A DNA stretch of 64,000 nt. Source: Candidatus Thorarchaeota archaeon. GTDB taxonomy: Archaea > Asgardarchaeota > Thorarchaeia > Thorarchaeales > Thorarchaeaceae. The position numbers and the translations under genes are program-made. Shown piece by piece: positions 27,569 to 36,494 of the stretch (within the stretch, counting starts at the first letter, position 1; each line of letters opens with the position of its first letter). The stretch spans positions 1 to 64,000 of the forward strand of contig PRDH01000039.1 in the NCBI GenBank assembly GCA_003345545.1, given 5' to 3'. The notes under the pieces were generated by a model. That model saw only the letters and a list, made by a program, of their open reading frames with translations, searched no databases and was not told the DNA's origin.

Positions 27569-27904
27569 ATGAAGCACGTGGGCAATTTCACGCTTAGGTT
27601 GGATTCAAAGAAAGAAATGCCAGTTGAAGTTCTGACTGACCAAGAGAACACAATTATCCTAATTGACTGCCATTGCTGTGAAGACTTTCTCTCAAGTCGA
27701 TTGCCGGGCGGCGTTCTAATTCCGATTGCTTCAGCCCTCAAGACCTTCTTTAGGACCAGCAAGATGCGGAATCTTGACGTCCATGTAAGTGGGTCGGTTA
27801 TGCGGCGGACTTACAAAGGCCTCATCGAAAGCGACCGGCTGGAAGAGCTGACTCTATTCTTACAAGAAGCTGTCTCGAAATACACTCGTAAAAAGAATAA
27901 CTGA
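27569..27904 (+). CDS. Hypothetical protein with CHCC motif
   Basis: 111-aa ORF, divergent from the wHTH gene. Confidence 0.7.
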   Translation: MKHVGNFTLRLDSKKEMPVEVLTDQENTIILIDCHCCEDFLSSRLPGGVLIPIASALKTFFRTSKMRNLDVHVSGSVMRRTYKGLIESDRLEELTLFLQEAVSKYTRKKNN

Positions 27905-27906
27905 GC

Positions 27907-27940
27907 AAAAAGAGAGATAAGGGGAGGGAATAAACCCTCC
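27907..27940 (-). terminator. Intrinsic terminator of serC
   Basis: Minus strand GGAGGG-TTTATT-CCCTCC followed by CCTTATCTCTCTTTTT. Confidence 0.6.
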
Positions 27941-27948
27941 ACTATAGA

Positions 27949-29031
27949 CTACTGGTTCTTTGCTTGGAAGTCTTTCATGAACTGAGCGAGTTTCTTCACT
28001 CCCTCAAGCGGCATTGCGTTGTAGACTGAGGCTCTCATGCCACCGACGGAGCGATGTCCCTTCAGACCGATCAGGTCCAATTTGGTTGCCTCATCGACAC
28101 ATTTCTGCTCAAGCTCAGGTGTTGCCAAGGTGAATGTGATATTCATCAGTGAGCGTGAGTCTGGTACAGCATGACCTTTGTAGAATCCCTTCGACCCATC
28201 GATCACATCGTAGATCACCTTTGCTTTTGCACGATTGCGCTTTTCAATCTCCTTGATCCCGCCGATGCCTTTCATGTATTCCAGGGCGATCTTGGCGATG
28301 TATATGGCGAATACAGGTGGTGTGTTGTACATCACATCCTTGGCGTGAGTACTGTATTTTAGCATGGTGGGCGTTTTCTCTGGCACTCTTCCGAGCAAGT
28401 CCTCTCTCACGATTACAAGTGTAACGCCAGCTGGGCCAAGATTCTTCTGAGCGCCGCCGTAGATGACTCCGAAGTCTTTCACATTGACCACTCTGGCCAT
28501 CAAATCTGAGGACATATCACAGACAAGAGGAACATCCTTTGGCACTTTTGGCCAATACTGCCATTCTGTCCCGTAGATCGTGTTGTTACTAGTAATGTGC
28601 CCAAATGCAGCCTTGTCACTAAAGCTGACATTCTTGGGTATGTACGAAAATTTCTTGTCCTCGGAGGAAGCAATGACTTTTACGTCCCCGTAGATACCTG
28701 CCTCTTTGATTGCCTTCTGTGACCATGAACCAGTGGAAACGTACTCCATTGGCTTGCCTGTGACCTGAAGGTTGAGTGGAGCCATAAAGAACTGCGATGA
28801 TGCCCCACCACCTAACCACATTATCTTGTAGTCTGAAGGCACGCCCATGACCTCTCTGACAAGACCGTCAACATCGGTCATGGCCTTTTCCCATTCCTTA
28901 GAACGGTGTGATATCTCAATCACAGACATTCCAGTCCCCGCAAAATCCAAGAATTCATCCCTTGCCTTTTCAAGAACCGGAAGAGGGAGAGTTGCTGGAC
29001 CTGCATAGAAATTGAATACTCTCTTTGCCAT
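27949..29031 (-). CDS. serC: Phosphoserine aminotransferase (bacterial-type)
   Basis: FNFYAGPA, EISHRS, CDMSS, GAQKNLGPAG, YNTPP, GHRSVGGMRAS. Confidence 0.97.
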   Translation of the reverse strand: MAKRVFNFYAGPATLPLPVLEKARDEFLDFAGTGMSVIEISHRSKEWEKAMTDVDGLVREVMGVPSDYKIMWLGGGASSQFFMAPLNLQVTGKPMEYVSTGSWSQKAIKEAGIYGDVKVIASSEDKKFSYIPKNVSFSDKAAFGHITSNNTIYGTEWQYWPKVPKDVPLVCDMSSDLMARVVNVKDFGVIYGGAQKNLGPAGVTLVIVREDLLGRVPEKTPTMLKYSTHAKDVMYNTPPVFAIYIAKIALEYMKGIGGIKEIEKRNRAKAKVIYDVIDGSKGFYKGHAVPDSRSLMNITFTLATPELEQKCVDEATKLDLIGLKGHRSVGGMRASVYNAMPLEGVKKLAQFMKDFQAKNQ

Positions 29032-29060
29032 ACTTTTCACCTACGCATTTTTTCCTTCGC

Positions 29061-30392
29061 TCACAGAAGCTTGTTCAATGTGAATCCAGTCCACACTTTG
29101 GGCTGGAAGAACGTGCTTTTCTGAGGCATGACCTCGAAATTCCTCGAAACTGCCTCGACTTCTTGTACTCGTGTCGGGTTCATAAAGAACACGGCTTGTG
29201 CACCTTTCTTCACACTCTGTATTGACTCATCGACTGTGTCTCCGATGCCCTTTATGTAGATAACATACCCTCCACCCTTCATGGTACCCTCAGCAAGTTT
29301 CTCTCTATCAATACCAAGCATCTTGTCGAGTATGAGTGCATGCAGAATCGCTACGTCGAGCTTTCTCAACGCCGGCGACTTATCGGGCAGCAACGAGTCC
29401 ATTACTCCTTGGCTCTTCAATGTAAGAACATGGAATTTTCCGTCATTGATGAATAACCCAAAGCAGTTCTTGCCCTCTTTGAACCTCCTATTCATTACTT
29501 CAAACATCTTCTCCTTAGCAGTGAAGGCTTCCAGATCAAAGTACTCCTTGATAGCTTTGAGCAACATGTCCTTTGAGAAATAATCCAGATTCTGAATGAG
29601 TCTATGTGTTGGTAACACAACTAGACCTGGATTGGACATATTCACAAAGGTCATCATCCTGTACTTGGCAGTCTGGAGTCCAGGATTTTCCTTGGAGAGA
29701 GCCAGTGCAGTCTTGTATCTGTGATGTCCATCTGCGATGATTACATACCTGTCTTTCATTAGTCTGGTGATTTCCTGTACGTCATACTTCTTTGAGATCC
29801 TCCAGAGCCTATGCCGAATTCCATCTCCGTCTATCACGTCTCCAACTGGAGTACTTTTCATATACTTCTCCAAAATCGTGTCAATCTTTCTTTCATGGTC
29901 CGGATAGATAACAAAGATCTGTCCGAAGTTCGTCATGCAGGTTCTACATAGATTAAGCCTATCCTCGATGTCCTTTGGGAGGGTTTCTTCATGCTGAAGA
30001 ACACCTGTAAACGCACCGGTACTCGGTGCCTTCTTGGCGAACTCCTCGAGTTCAATCAATCCGATGAAACCGAATCTAAACAACTGCTTGCCATCGATTT
30101 CAAAGTCTTGACCGTACACGTAGAATGAATCAGTATCATCCTGCTTCAAGATGCCATGCCGAATCCACTTGTCGAGATGGCCTTTGGCTCGCGTGTATTG
30201 ATTGTTTGTTGGCGTGTCACCTTCTTCTGGCTTGTTCTTGGTAATCCACGCCATATTGTATTCTGACAGAGATTGTAGTTTGTCAATCATATCGCCCTTG
30301 ATAATATCATAGGGTGGCGCTACGAGGTTTGCTAGCTTCCCCGCTTTGCTCTCATCAAATCTGTATGCTTTGAACGGCTTCACATTGACCAT
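29061..30392 (-). CDS. DUF1015 family protein
   Basis: APPYDII, HEETL, IADGHHRY, PTHR, MPQKSTFFQPK; ATG at 30392 likely. Confidence 0.9.
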   Translation of the reverse strand: MVNVKPFKAYRFDESKAGKLANLVAPPYDIIKGDMIDKLQSLSEYNMAWITKNKPEEGDTPTNNQYTRAKGHLDKWIRHGILKQDDTDSFYVYGQDFEIDGKQLFRFGFIGLIELEEFAKKAPSTGAFTGVLQHEETLPKDIEDRLNLCRTCMTNFGQIFVIYPDHERKIDTILEKYMKSTPVGDVIDGDGIRHRLWRISKKYDVQEITRLMKDRYVIIADGHHRYKTALALSKENPGLQTAKYRMMTFVNMSNPGLVVLPTHRLIQNLDYFSKDMLLKAIKEYFDLEAFTAKEKMFEVMNRRFKEGKNCFGLFINDGKFHVLTLKSQGVMDSLLPDKSPALRKLDVAILHALILDKMLGIDREKLAEGTMKGGGYVIYIKGIGDTVDESIQSVKKGAQAVFFMNPTRVQEVEAVSRNFEVMPQKSTFFQPKVWTGFTLNKLL

Positions 30393-30592
30393 AGAGATTA
30401 CTTCCTTGCTCGGCCCAGTGCCTGTACTGAAGGATTGCCTGATAGCGGGCACATATCTTCCTTTTCATAAGTCTTTCTTTTCGTCTACAAGTTTATCTTG
30501 GCTCATGCATATGCTACGTGAACCCAAGCGTCAACCTTAAATGAAGGTTGAGGCAGTCAGCGAGAAATTCAGCCATCAGGGGCGAGTCATAG

Positions 30593-30868
30593 GTGGAATT
30601 CTGCGAGAAATGTGGTGCATTGATGCTTCCTAAGAAAGAGGAAGGTCGAAAGTTGCCAATTCTGAAGTGCCGAGAATGTGGGCATGAGAAGTCGGTAAAG
30701 ACTAATCCTGCCTACAAGGTCGAGTACAGAATAAAACACTCTCCTCGTGAGAAGATCGTTGTCGTTGAAAAAGAGTCTAACTATGATGACGAGCTGTCTG
30801 AGGATGAGCGTCGTGAGCGCTGGAAGGAAGTTCTTGAGTACTACGAGACTGAGGGCGAAGAAGAATAA
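30593..30868 (+). CDS. RpoM/TFS-like protein with only the N-terminal Zn ribbon
   Basis: MEFCEKCGALMLP...CRECG; acidic C-tail without a second Zn ribbon. Confidence 0.8.
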   Translation: MEFCEKCGALMLPKKEEGRKLPILKCRECGHEKSVKTNPAYKVEYRIKHSPREKIVVVEKESNYDDELSEDERRERWKEVLEYYETEGEEE

Positions 30869-30982
30869 CCAACTGATATCTTTAATATTGAGTTGTCGTA
30901 TTATTATGCATAGTAAGAGTAAGAATCGTTAAACTATCCTAGCTTTGACTTAAGCTCATTTTCAAATCCCCGCTTTTTAGGG

Positions 30983-31885
30983 TTGCACACTCATTCAATG
31001 GAGGACTTAACAAAGATGGAAAGCGAACTCCACTATGATTTTCAGAGCTTCTTATTGTCGAACGGAAACATCGCTGACAAGGCGAGGCTAATCGCTGCTG
31101 GTAATAAGATACCATCAGGCATTCAGGAAAGTGTCATAGCTGACCTACAAACTCTTCAGAATAGTGATGGTGGAATCCCCTTTGGATTCAAGCTGGGCGC
31201 CCCGAGTTCTGTCAAATTGACTTCCGAACTCCTGACGCTTATCTCGAAATTCAAGGTGAAGGACAAGAAACTTGCAAAGACAATGATGGACTTCATCATT
31301 TCAAGGCAGAAGAATGATGGAGGGTTTGCGGAGTCGTTAAAGCTCGATCCGTATATCGAAGACACATGGAGTGAAGTCGGAAGGGAGTGGTATCCAGTTG
31401 GCATAAGCATAACATGGTTGACAGGCAAGGCACTAGAAGCGCTTTGTTCAGCTGGATATGACGAACAGAACCGTCTACGTCGAGCGAGGGACTTCTTGTT
31501 GTATACGCAATATGAAGACGGACATTGGCCGGATTTCAAAGGCCAGAAACTCTCTGACCCGCTCGGGACAGGCAATATACTCCTTGGTCTGCAATCCATG
31601 GGCATCAATTCTGACAACAAGGTGTTCGAAGATGGAAGGGCTGCCCTACTTCAGCATATGAAGAATAGCATCGAAGCTAAGTCCATCTTTGACGTTGTAG
31701 ATCTTACTGTGATTGGTAAACCCAAATCCGAGCTTGAAAAAGAAATTCTCAAGAGAGGGCTCGAGCTTATCATTCAAACCCAAAATACCGATGGGGGATG
31801 GGTCCCTCTTGGGGCGAAGAAAAGTGATCCCGAATTGAGTTCGAAATTGGTGCTTGAATTCAAAAGGGCAAGATCGTCACTATGA
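30983..31885 (+). CDS. Prenyltransferase/squalene-cyclase QW-repeat protein
   Basis: QNSDGG, QKNDGGF, QYEDGHW, QNTDGGW repeats. Confidence 0.8.
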   Translation: MHTHSMEDLTKMESELHYDFQSFLLSNGNIADKARLIAAGNKIPSGIQESVIADLQTLQNSDGGIPFGFKLGAPSSVKLTSELLTLISKFKVKDKKLAKTMMDFIISRQKNDGGFAESLKLDPYIEDTWSEVGREWYPVGISITWLTGKALEALCSAGYDEQNRLRRARDFLLYTQYEDGHWPDFKGQKLSDPLGTGNILLGLQSMGINSDNKVFEDGRAALLQHMKNSIEAKSIFDVVDLTVIGKPKSELEKEILKRGLELIIQTQNTDGGWVPLGAKKSDPELSSKLVLEFKRARSSL

Positions 31886-32155
31886 CAAGGTAATGGTGGA
31901 ATAGATGAGTGGGACGCCCAGAGAATTCTTCATGCTAAGGGAGTTGAGATTCAATGGATCTGTGATTACTAGCAAGATGAATCCTCGAGTCACACAACAT
32001 CATGAAGGTGCATCACAGATATATCGCGGGATTCATACACGGAGCTTGATACAAGGTCCCTCTTTTATTCTGGAGGGCTTTCGCGGATTGATTTCTCAGA
32101 ATCCTTTACATGTGGTTGTGTTTCTGTGCTAATGGGACTAGATAGAACTGGATGA

Positions 32156-32641
32156 GTGAGCCTAATGAACCTGAAAGTACGAAGAGAAGGCGAGATTGTC
32201 GAACTCCGCAAGGTGGAACTTGACACACTGAGTCCTCCTCTCTTCAGAACTCTGATTGGATACAACTCCCTGAAGCGCCTTGGCTACTCTATCTCATTTA
32301 TTCGTCCCAAGAAGAGCTCAAGCGGCGACTTTGAACGGATTCGGTACAACTTCATTGAACGTGGAGTCATGACGCGACAGCTCGAGGGTCAGCTTGAGCC
32401 TGATATGAAACGAGGCATACTGAATCAGCTTCCTCGTGGCAACTTTTCAATCATCCTTCTTCTAACACAGATACCGAGGCGAGGTGTCAATATTCGTCTT
32501 GACAAGTTTGAATACGAGTTCCTCGGCTGTATCCTTCTGAGAAACGAAGAAACATTAGATGTTGTCATGAATACGACTCCGACTCGTGATATCCTGTTGC
32601 CGATGTATCCAGACACTGAGACTACGCCTCTAGAGAGTTAG
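32156..32641 (+). CDS. Hypothetical protein
   Basis: 161-aa ORF, no motif recognised. Confidence 0.65.
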   Translation: MSLMNLKVRREGEIVELRKVELDTLSPPLFRTLIGYNSLKRLGYSISFIRPKKSSSGDFERIRYNFIERGVMTRQLEGQLEPDMKRGILNQLPRGNFSIILLLTQIPRRGVNIRLDKFEYEFLGCILLRNEETLDVVMNTTPTRDILLPMYPDTETTPLES

Positions 32642-32643
32642 CA

Positions 32644-32859
32644 TCAGATCTCTCTTGTAAAAGGCGTTGTCTTCTTCTCAAGTTGACGCAGTTCGCTCCT
32701 TTTCTTCCATGCCCTATACCCCGCAAGAGCAGCTCTCAAGCCAAGGAGTGAAATAGGTACTGCGTACCAGATGAACAGAATCGTAAGGTCATACTGAAGC
32801 ATTCTTGGTCCATCGTACTCCTTGGCGAAAGGAATTAAGGCTGTTGCATAGGGCATCAT
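32644..32859 (-). CDS. Small single-TM protein
   Basis: 71 aa, one TM followed by a basic tail; fills the intergenic gap. Confidence 0.5.
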   Translation of the reverse strand: MMPYATALIPFAKEYDGPRMLQYDLTILFIWYAVPISLLGLRAALAGYRAWKKRSELRQLEKKTTPFTREI

Positions 32860-32912
32860 TCAACTTCATTTTTATCTAGGGATTAGACATACTCATTTGA
32901 GAGGAAAGTTGG

Positions 32913-34610
32913 TTGTCAAAGATATCCAGAGATGTTCCCAAGGCGATTGCAGCTTTCGGAGAGAAGCAGTTCAATGAGACTGGTGCTGCTGCTGTTGAAG
33001 TCCTGAGGGTGAAGGAAGCCGTACTGAGGAAGCATTTCCGAGAGCTCAGGGGGATTCTATACCTCGTGGCAGTGGTGTCCACCGACCGAGTAAGAGTCTA
33101 TTTCTTCAATGCCGCTGGTGTGATGGTCATTGGTGAGAATCTAGGCCTGTCTGTCTATGACGATGTAAGAAAGAGCTCAAAGCTCGTGGCGAAGTATGAG
33201 AAGCCCAGGCCACTAACCCCCGAGGAGCTTCGTATTGAGGCCACTCAAGACTTGCGCGATGCTCTAGGGAAGGCAATCCGGCGAGTGTCACGTTTGCTGT
33301 CTCTGAAAGAACCAGAATTTCCCGACATCTTTGTCACTCGGTCAGAAACAGAGAGGGGAAGCCAGACCTTCGGAATTCAGATAACTGACGACAGTGAATT
33401 ACTGTTTGAAGAATCCATAATTGCGAAGATCTGGCATGAGGGTCTCTTGCTTCGGGTTGCCTACCTATTGCACCTAGATAGGTCACAATGGAAGAGCGAT
33501 TTTGCTGGTTCCGTGGGGAATGGCATAGCCTACTCCCTCCTCAAGGATGAAGCCAAGGCTGCGTGGTACAGTGAATGGAAGAAACGAAGCAAGGGGAGCA
33601 TTTGGGAGCCCATCGTCAACCACTTCACTAATCATGCTTTGACATATTCCTCAAAGGGTTATCTCTGGCTGACCTCTGTCCTGCGTGAACTGCCTTCAAA
33701 CATCGATTTTTCTGAATGGGTGACTTCAGTTCAGGCTGTTCACGACTCAGTATTGGTTTCCCTCGGCACAGAGGAATACCACATCATCGATGGTTTCTGC
33801 AAAACCCTTGCAAATCCTCAGCAGCTGATAAAGCGGCGCTATCTGTTAGAATCAATTCATCTGTCCCCTCGAGTTATGTGTGATCCCACGTCTTTAGGAT
33901 TCCAGCTTTCTCTGGAAGTGAGCGAACAAGCCGCTGGGAATACTTGGGCATCAATTCTGTATTTTGATGGTGCAATAGTGAGATCACTCGCCGTAGTCGA
34001 AGGCAGCAAGCATGCCATTGACTCGATTGAGTATTGGCTAAACCTGGAAGATATCTTCCCTCTGACTGGCGGTCCCATTTCACACGGTTTGTCTATCGTC
34101 AGACATGCCTTGGAGAAGGCCGGTTTCAAGAAACCAGTGAAGGGGACGTTCGAAGCTACACTAGAAATGAAGATAAGAACACAGCTGGAGCAAAAGGAAG
34201 CTGCAGTTCTCGGGCGACTCGTACTTGGTGAGTTGGCTATTCTATCGAACACTCTAGTAGGCTCGCCTCTGATCGTTAGAAATCTGGTAGAGCAGCGAGC
34301 TATTGTCCTTGTACCATCTTTCAGTCATCTAGGCATACAACCCGAATTCTTGATTGAGGGTCCGGCTGAGAGAGTCAGAGAACTGGCCCGCTTGGTACCA
34401 GAAGCCACGATATTCGAATCGGGAGCTCGCGCCAACGCGATTCTATCTGCTCCGACAAGTTGGAAGGCCAATCTCGTTGAGTCTATCGCAAGGGAGAAAG
34501 TGTCACTCTGGCCAATCATCTCTGCGAAATCATCACGACGACTCATTCGTGATGAGGTATTATTCCCCACTGGTGATGGTCCTCATACTTGGACCGCGGA
34601 CTCTACCTGA
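32913..34610 (+). CDS. Hypothetical protein
   Basis: 565-aa ORF, no motif recognised. Confidence 0.8.
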   Translation: MSKISRDVPKAIAAFGEKQFNETGAAAVEVLRVKEAVLRKHFRELRGILYLVAVVSTDRVRVYFFNAAGVMVIGENLGLSVYDDVRKSSKLVAKYEKPRPLTPEELRIEATQDLRDALGKAIRRVSRLLSLKEPEFPDIFVTRSETERGSQTFGIQITDDSELLFEESIIAKIWHEGLLLRVAYLLHLDRSQWKSDFAGSVGNGIAYSLLKDEAKAAWYSEWKKRSKGSIWEPIVNHFTNHALTYSSKGYLWLTSVLRELPSNIDFSEWVTSVQAVHDSVLVSLGTEEYHIIDGFCKTLANPQQLIKRRYLLESIHLSPRVMCDPTSLGFQLSLEVSEQAAGNTWASILYFDGAIVRSLAVVEGSKHAIDSIEYWLNLEDIFPLTGGPISHGLSIVRHALEKAGFKKPVKGTFEATLEMKIRTQLEQKEAAVLGRLVLGELAILSNTLVGSPLIVRNLVEQRAIVLVPSFSHLGIQPEFLIEGPAERVRELARLVPEATIFESGARANAILSAPTSWKANLVESIAREKVSLWPIISAKSSRRLIRDEVLFPTGDGPHTWTADST

Positions 34611-36270
34611 TGATTGCGACGATGGTCCCTATCGCCCTTGTATTCTCTTCCCTCAGAACGATTCTGTCATCGACTCCGACTGCCTCTGGTGTCACCATGA
34701 ATCTAAGCCGGACTCTTGCGAAGTCTCCCACACACAAATAATCGGCGTCGTATATCCTATCGAGAACGACTGTCTGCTGGATTGTGTGACACTGCAATAC
34801 GGGCGTGTAGCCCACAGCAATTCTTGTTGGATGTCTTGTGACCACTATGTTGGCTTCAAATTCCCGGCAGCCCTGAACCTGTTCTTCAGGATCGGCTATC
34901 ATCTGTCCTCGTCGAATCGTATGCTTGTCGACATCTTTGATATCAAATCCGAAGAGATCGCCTGCTCTCGCAGCACTGATTCGTTTCTTGAACATCTCAA
35001 TACTGAATAATCTGCCTTCTTGAAACTGATTGTTCTTTTCGGGACCAACCTTTACAGTCTGTCCTGTCTTGAAGATTCCCGATTTTACAGTGCCCGTCAC
35101 GACGACATTAGTTCCTTTGATTCCTCGGTATACTTTGTCAACGTACGCACACGCGGAATCTGTAGGACTGGCATGCTTTGTATTAGAAGGAACACTTCTG
35201 AGGAGATCTGTAAGCAGCGCTATTGACGTGGAATCCAGCGCAGAAAAAGGAACGACTGGCACGATCACTCCATGCTGAATCTCTTTCACAAGAAGTTGTA
35301 TCTCGTCCGGAGACCGGACTGTGATAGGTATCTTGCCAATGTCCTTGAGGCTTGTTCTTAGGACATTGTATACGAGTTCAAAATCCTCAGCACGTGTCTT
35401 GTCTACCTTGGATATCACAACAAAGAATGGAGCCTGCTGGCTGGACATGAGAATCAGATGTTCTCTTGTGATCTCATCGAGTCTGGGGATTCTTGTTCGG
35501 TCTTCCTCTTGGCGTATCAAGCGTGCTTCCTCAGGCCCCGGCACAAGTATGAGGCCGTACTGAGCATCAGCGCCCAGAATGCTTCTTATCATGGTCTTGC
35601 TAAATTCTCGATGACCCGGAGCGTCAAAGAATGTCACTATCTTTGTAGACTGGTCAAGAATCCTGGCAGACTCCTCCTTGTTGAGAGGATTCACAGGATG
35701 AATTGGATTTCCGTTCTCATCGAATCCTAGAAATGAAAGGTGAATATCTGCTGTCTGACCACGCGTAATCTCCTGTGGGTGTGTGAGCAGAAATGATCTG
35801 GATCTTCCTTTTCCGTCATCCGGCTTTCCGGTAACAAGTGCTCCGACTAGACTGGACTTTCCTGAGTTCACCCTTCCTGCTATATTCACGGAGCATGTTT
35901 CCTTGATCTCCGGTGCTGCTAGTTTCTTCAGCAGGTAGATTCCCACAAGTCCCTTTGGAGTTTCTACTTGCTCTTCTTCTACAATCTCTACTGCCGCTTC
36001 CTCACAGAGTTCCTTCAATACGTCTTCTGCAACCTTGAGAGCAGGTGCAGAGATGCCGAAGATCTCCCACTCCTTTCCTGCGATATCATCAATCCCCAAG
36101 AGGAAGAGACCCTCAAATGGGTTCTCACACGTCAAGTACTTTATCCTAGTGACAAGTTTCTCTCGTCTATCTTTCTTGAGGTCCGCCTTCGTCAGTCTTC
36201 TCTTGAATTCGGTATGATGGTCCTCCCCATTCTTGAGTATCTGCAAAATATCATCATGAGATGTCATCAA
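34603..36270 (-). CDS. GTPBP1/2-like translational GTPase (aGPBP)
   Basis: N-terminal TEFKRRL domain, GRVNSGKSS, HPQEITRGQT, DAPGH, SKVD, EF-Tu-like beta-barrel domains II and III. Confidence 0.88.
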   Translation of the reverse strand: MMTSHDDILQILKNGEDHHTEFKRRLTKADLKKDRREKLVTRIKYLTCENPFEGLFLLGIDDIAGKEWEIFGISAPALKVAEDVLKELCEEAAVEIVEEEQVETPKGLVGIYLLKKLAAPEIKETCSVNIAGRVNSGKSSLVGALVTGKPDDGKGRSRSFLLTHPQEITRGQTADIHLSFLGFDENGNPIHPVNPLNKEESARILDQSTKIVTFFDAPGHREFSKTMIRSILGADAQYGLILVPGPEEARLIRQEEDRTRIPRLDEITREHLILMSSQQAPFFVVISKVDKTRAEDFELVYNVLRTSLKDIGKIPITVRSPDEIQLLVKEIQHGVIVPVVPFSALDSTSIALLTDLLRSVPSNTKHASPTDSACAYVDKVYRGIKGTNVVVTGTVKSGIFKTGQTVKVGPEKNNQFQEGRLFSIEMFKKRISAARAGDLFGFDIKDVDKHTIRRGQMIADPEEQVQGCREFEANIVVTRHPTRIAVGYTPVLQCHTIQQTVVLDRIYDADYLCVGDFARVRLRFMVTPEAVGVDDRIVLREENTRAIGTIVAIIR

Positions 36271-36494
36271 GCGCTCTCCGATTCAATCAATTAGCTCTAT
36301 CAATGAGTTATAAGTGCTACCACGTTGCTTTTGGTATAGCTATCCATCGCCCTCAGTCCCAGTGGCAATCTTATTGGAGGTTTCGCGGTCAACGAAGATG
36401 GTCTGTCTGTGCGTACTCTATCATAGTGCCAAGGGCAAAAGCATATGAGTCGAAGACATGGAGCAGGAAAGGTAACCATCCTCGAGGGACACTG

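Noticed and set aside
30942-30950. Fourth GCTTTGAC copy
   Set aside because: Not followed by a TATA box at the conserved spacing.
31905-32132. 75-aa ORF in the gap after the QW-repeat gene
   Set aside because: No motif and atypical composition; cannot be supported as a gene.
36261-36494. Long N-terminal extension of the first subtilase in the ORF track
   Set aside because: It overlaps the divergent promoter region; the signal peptide begins at ATG 36495.
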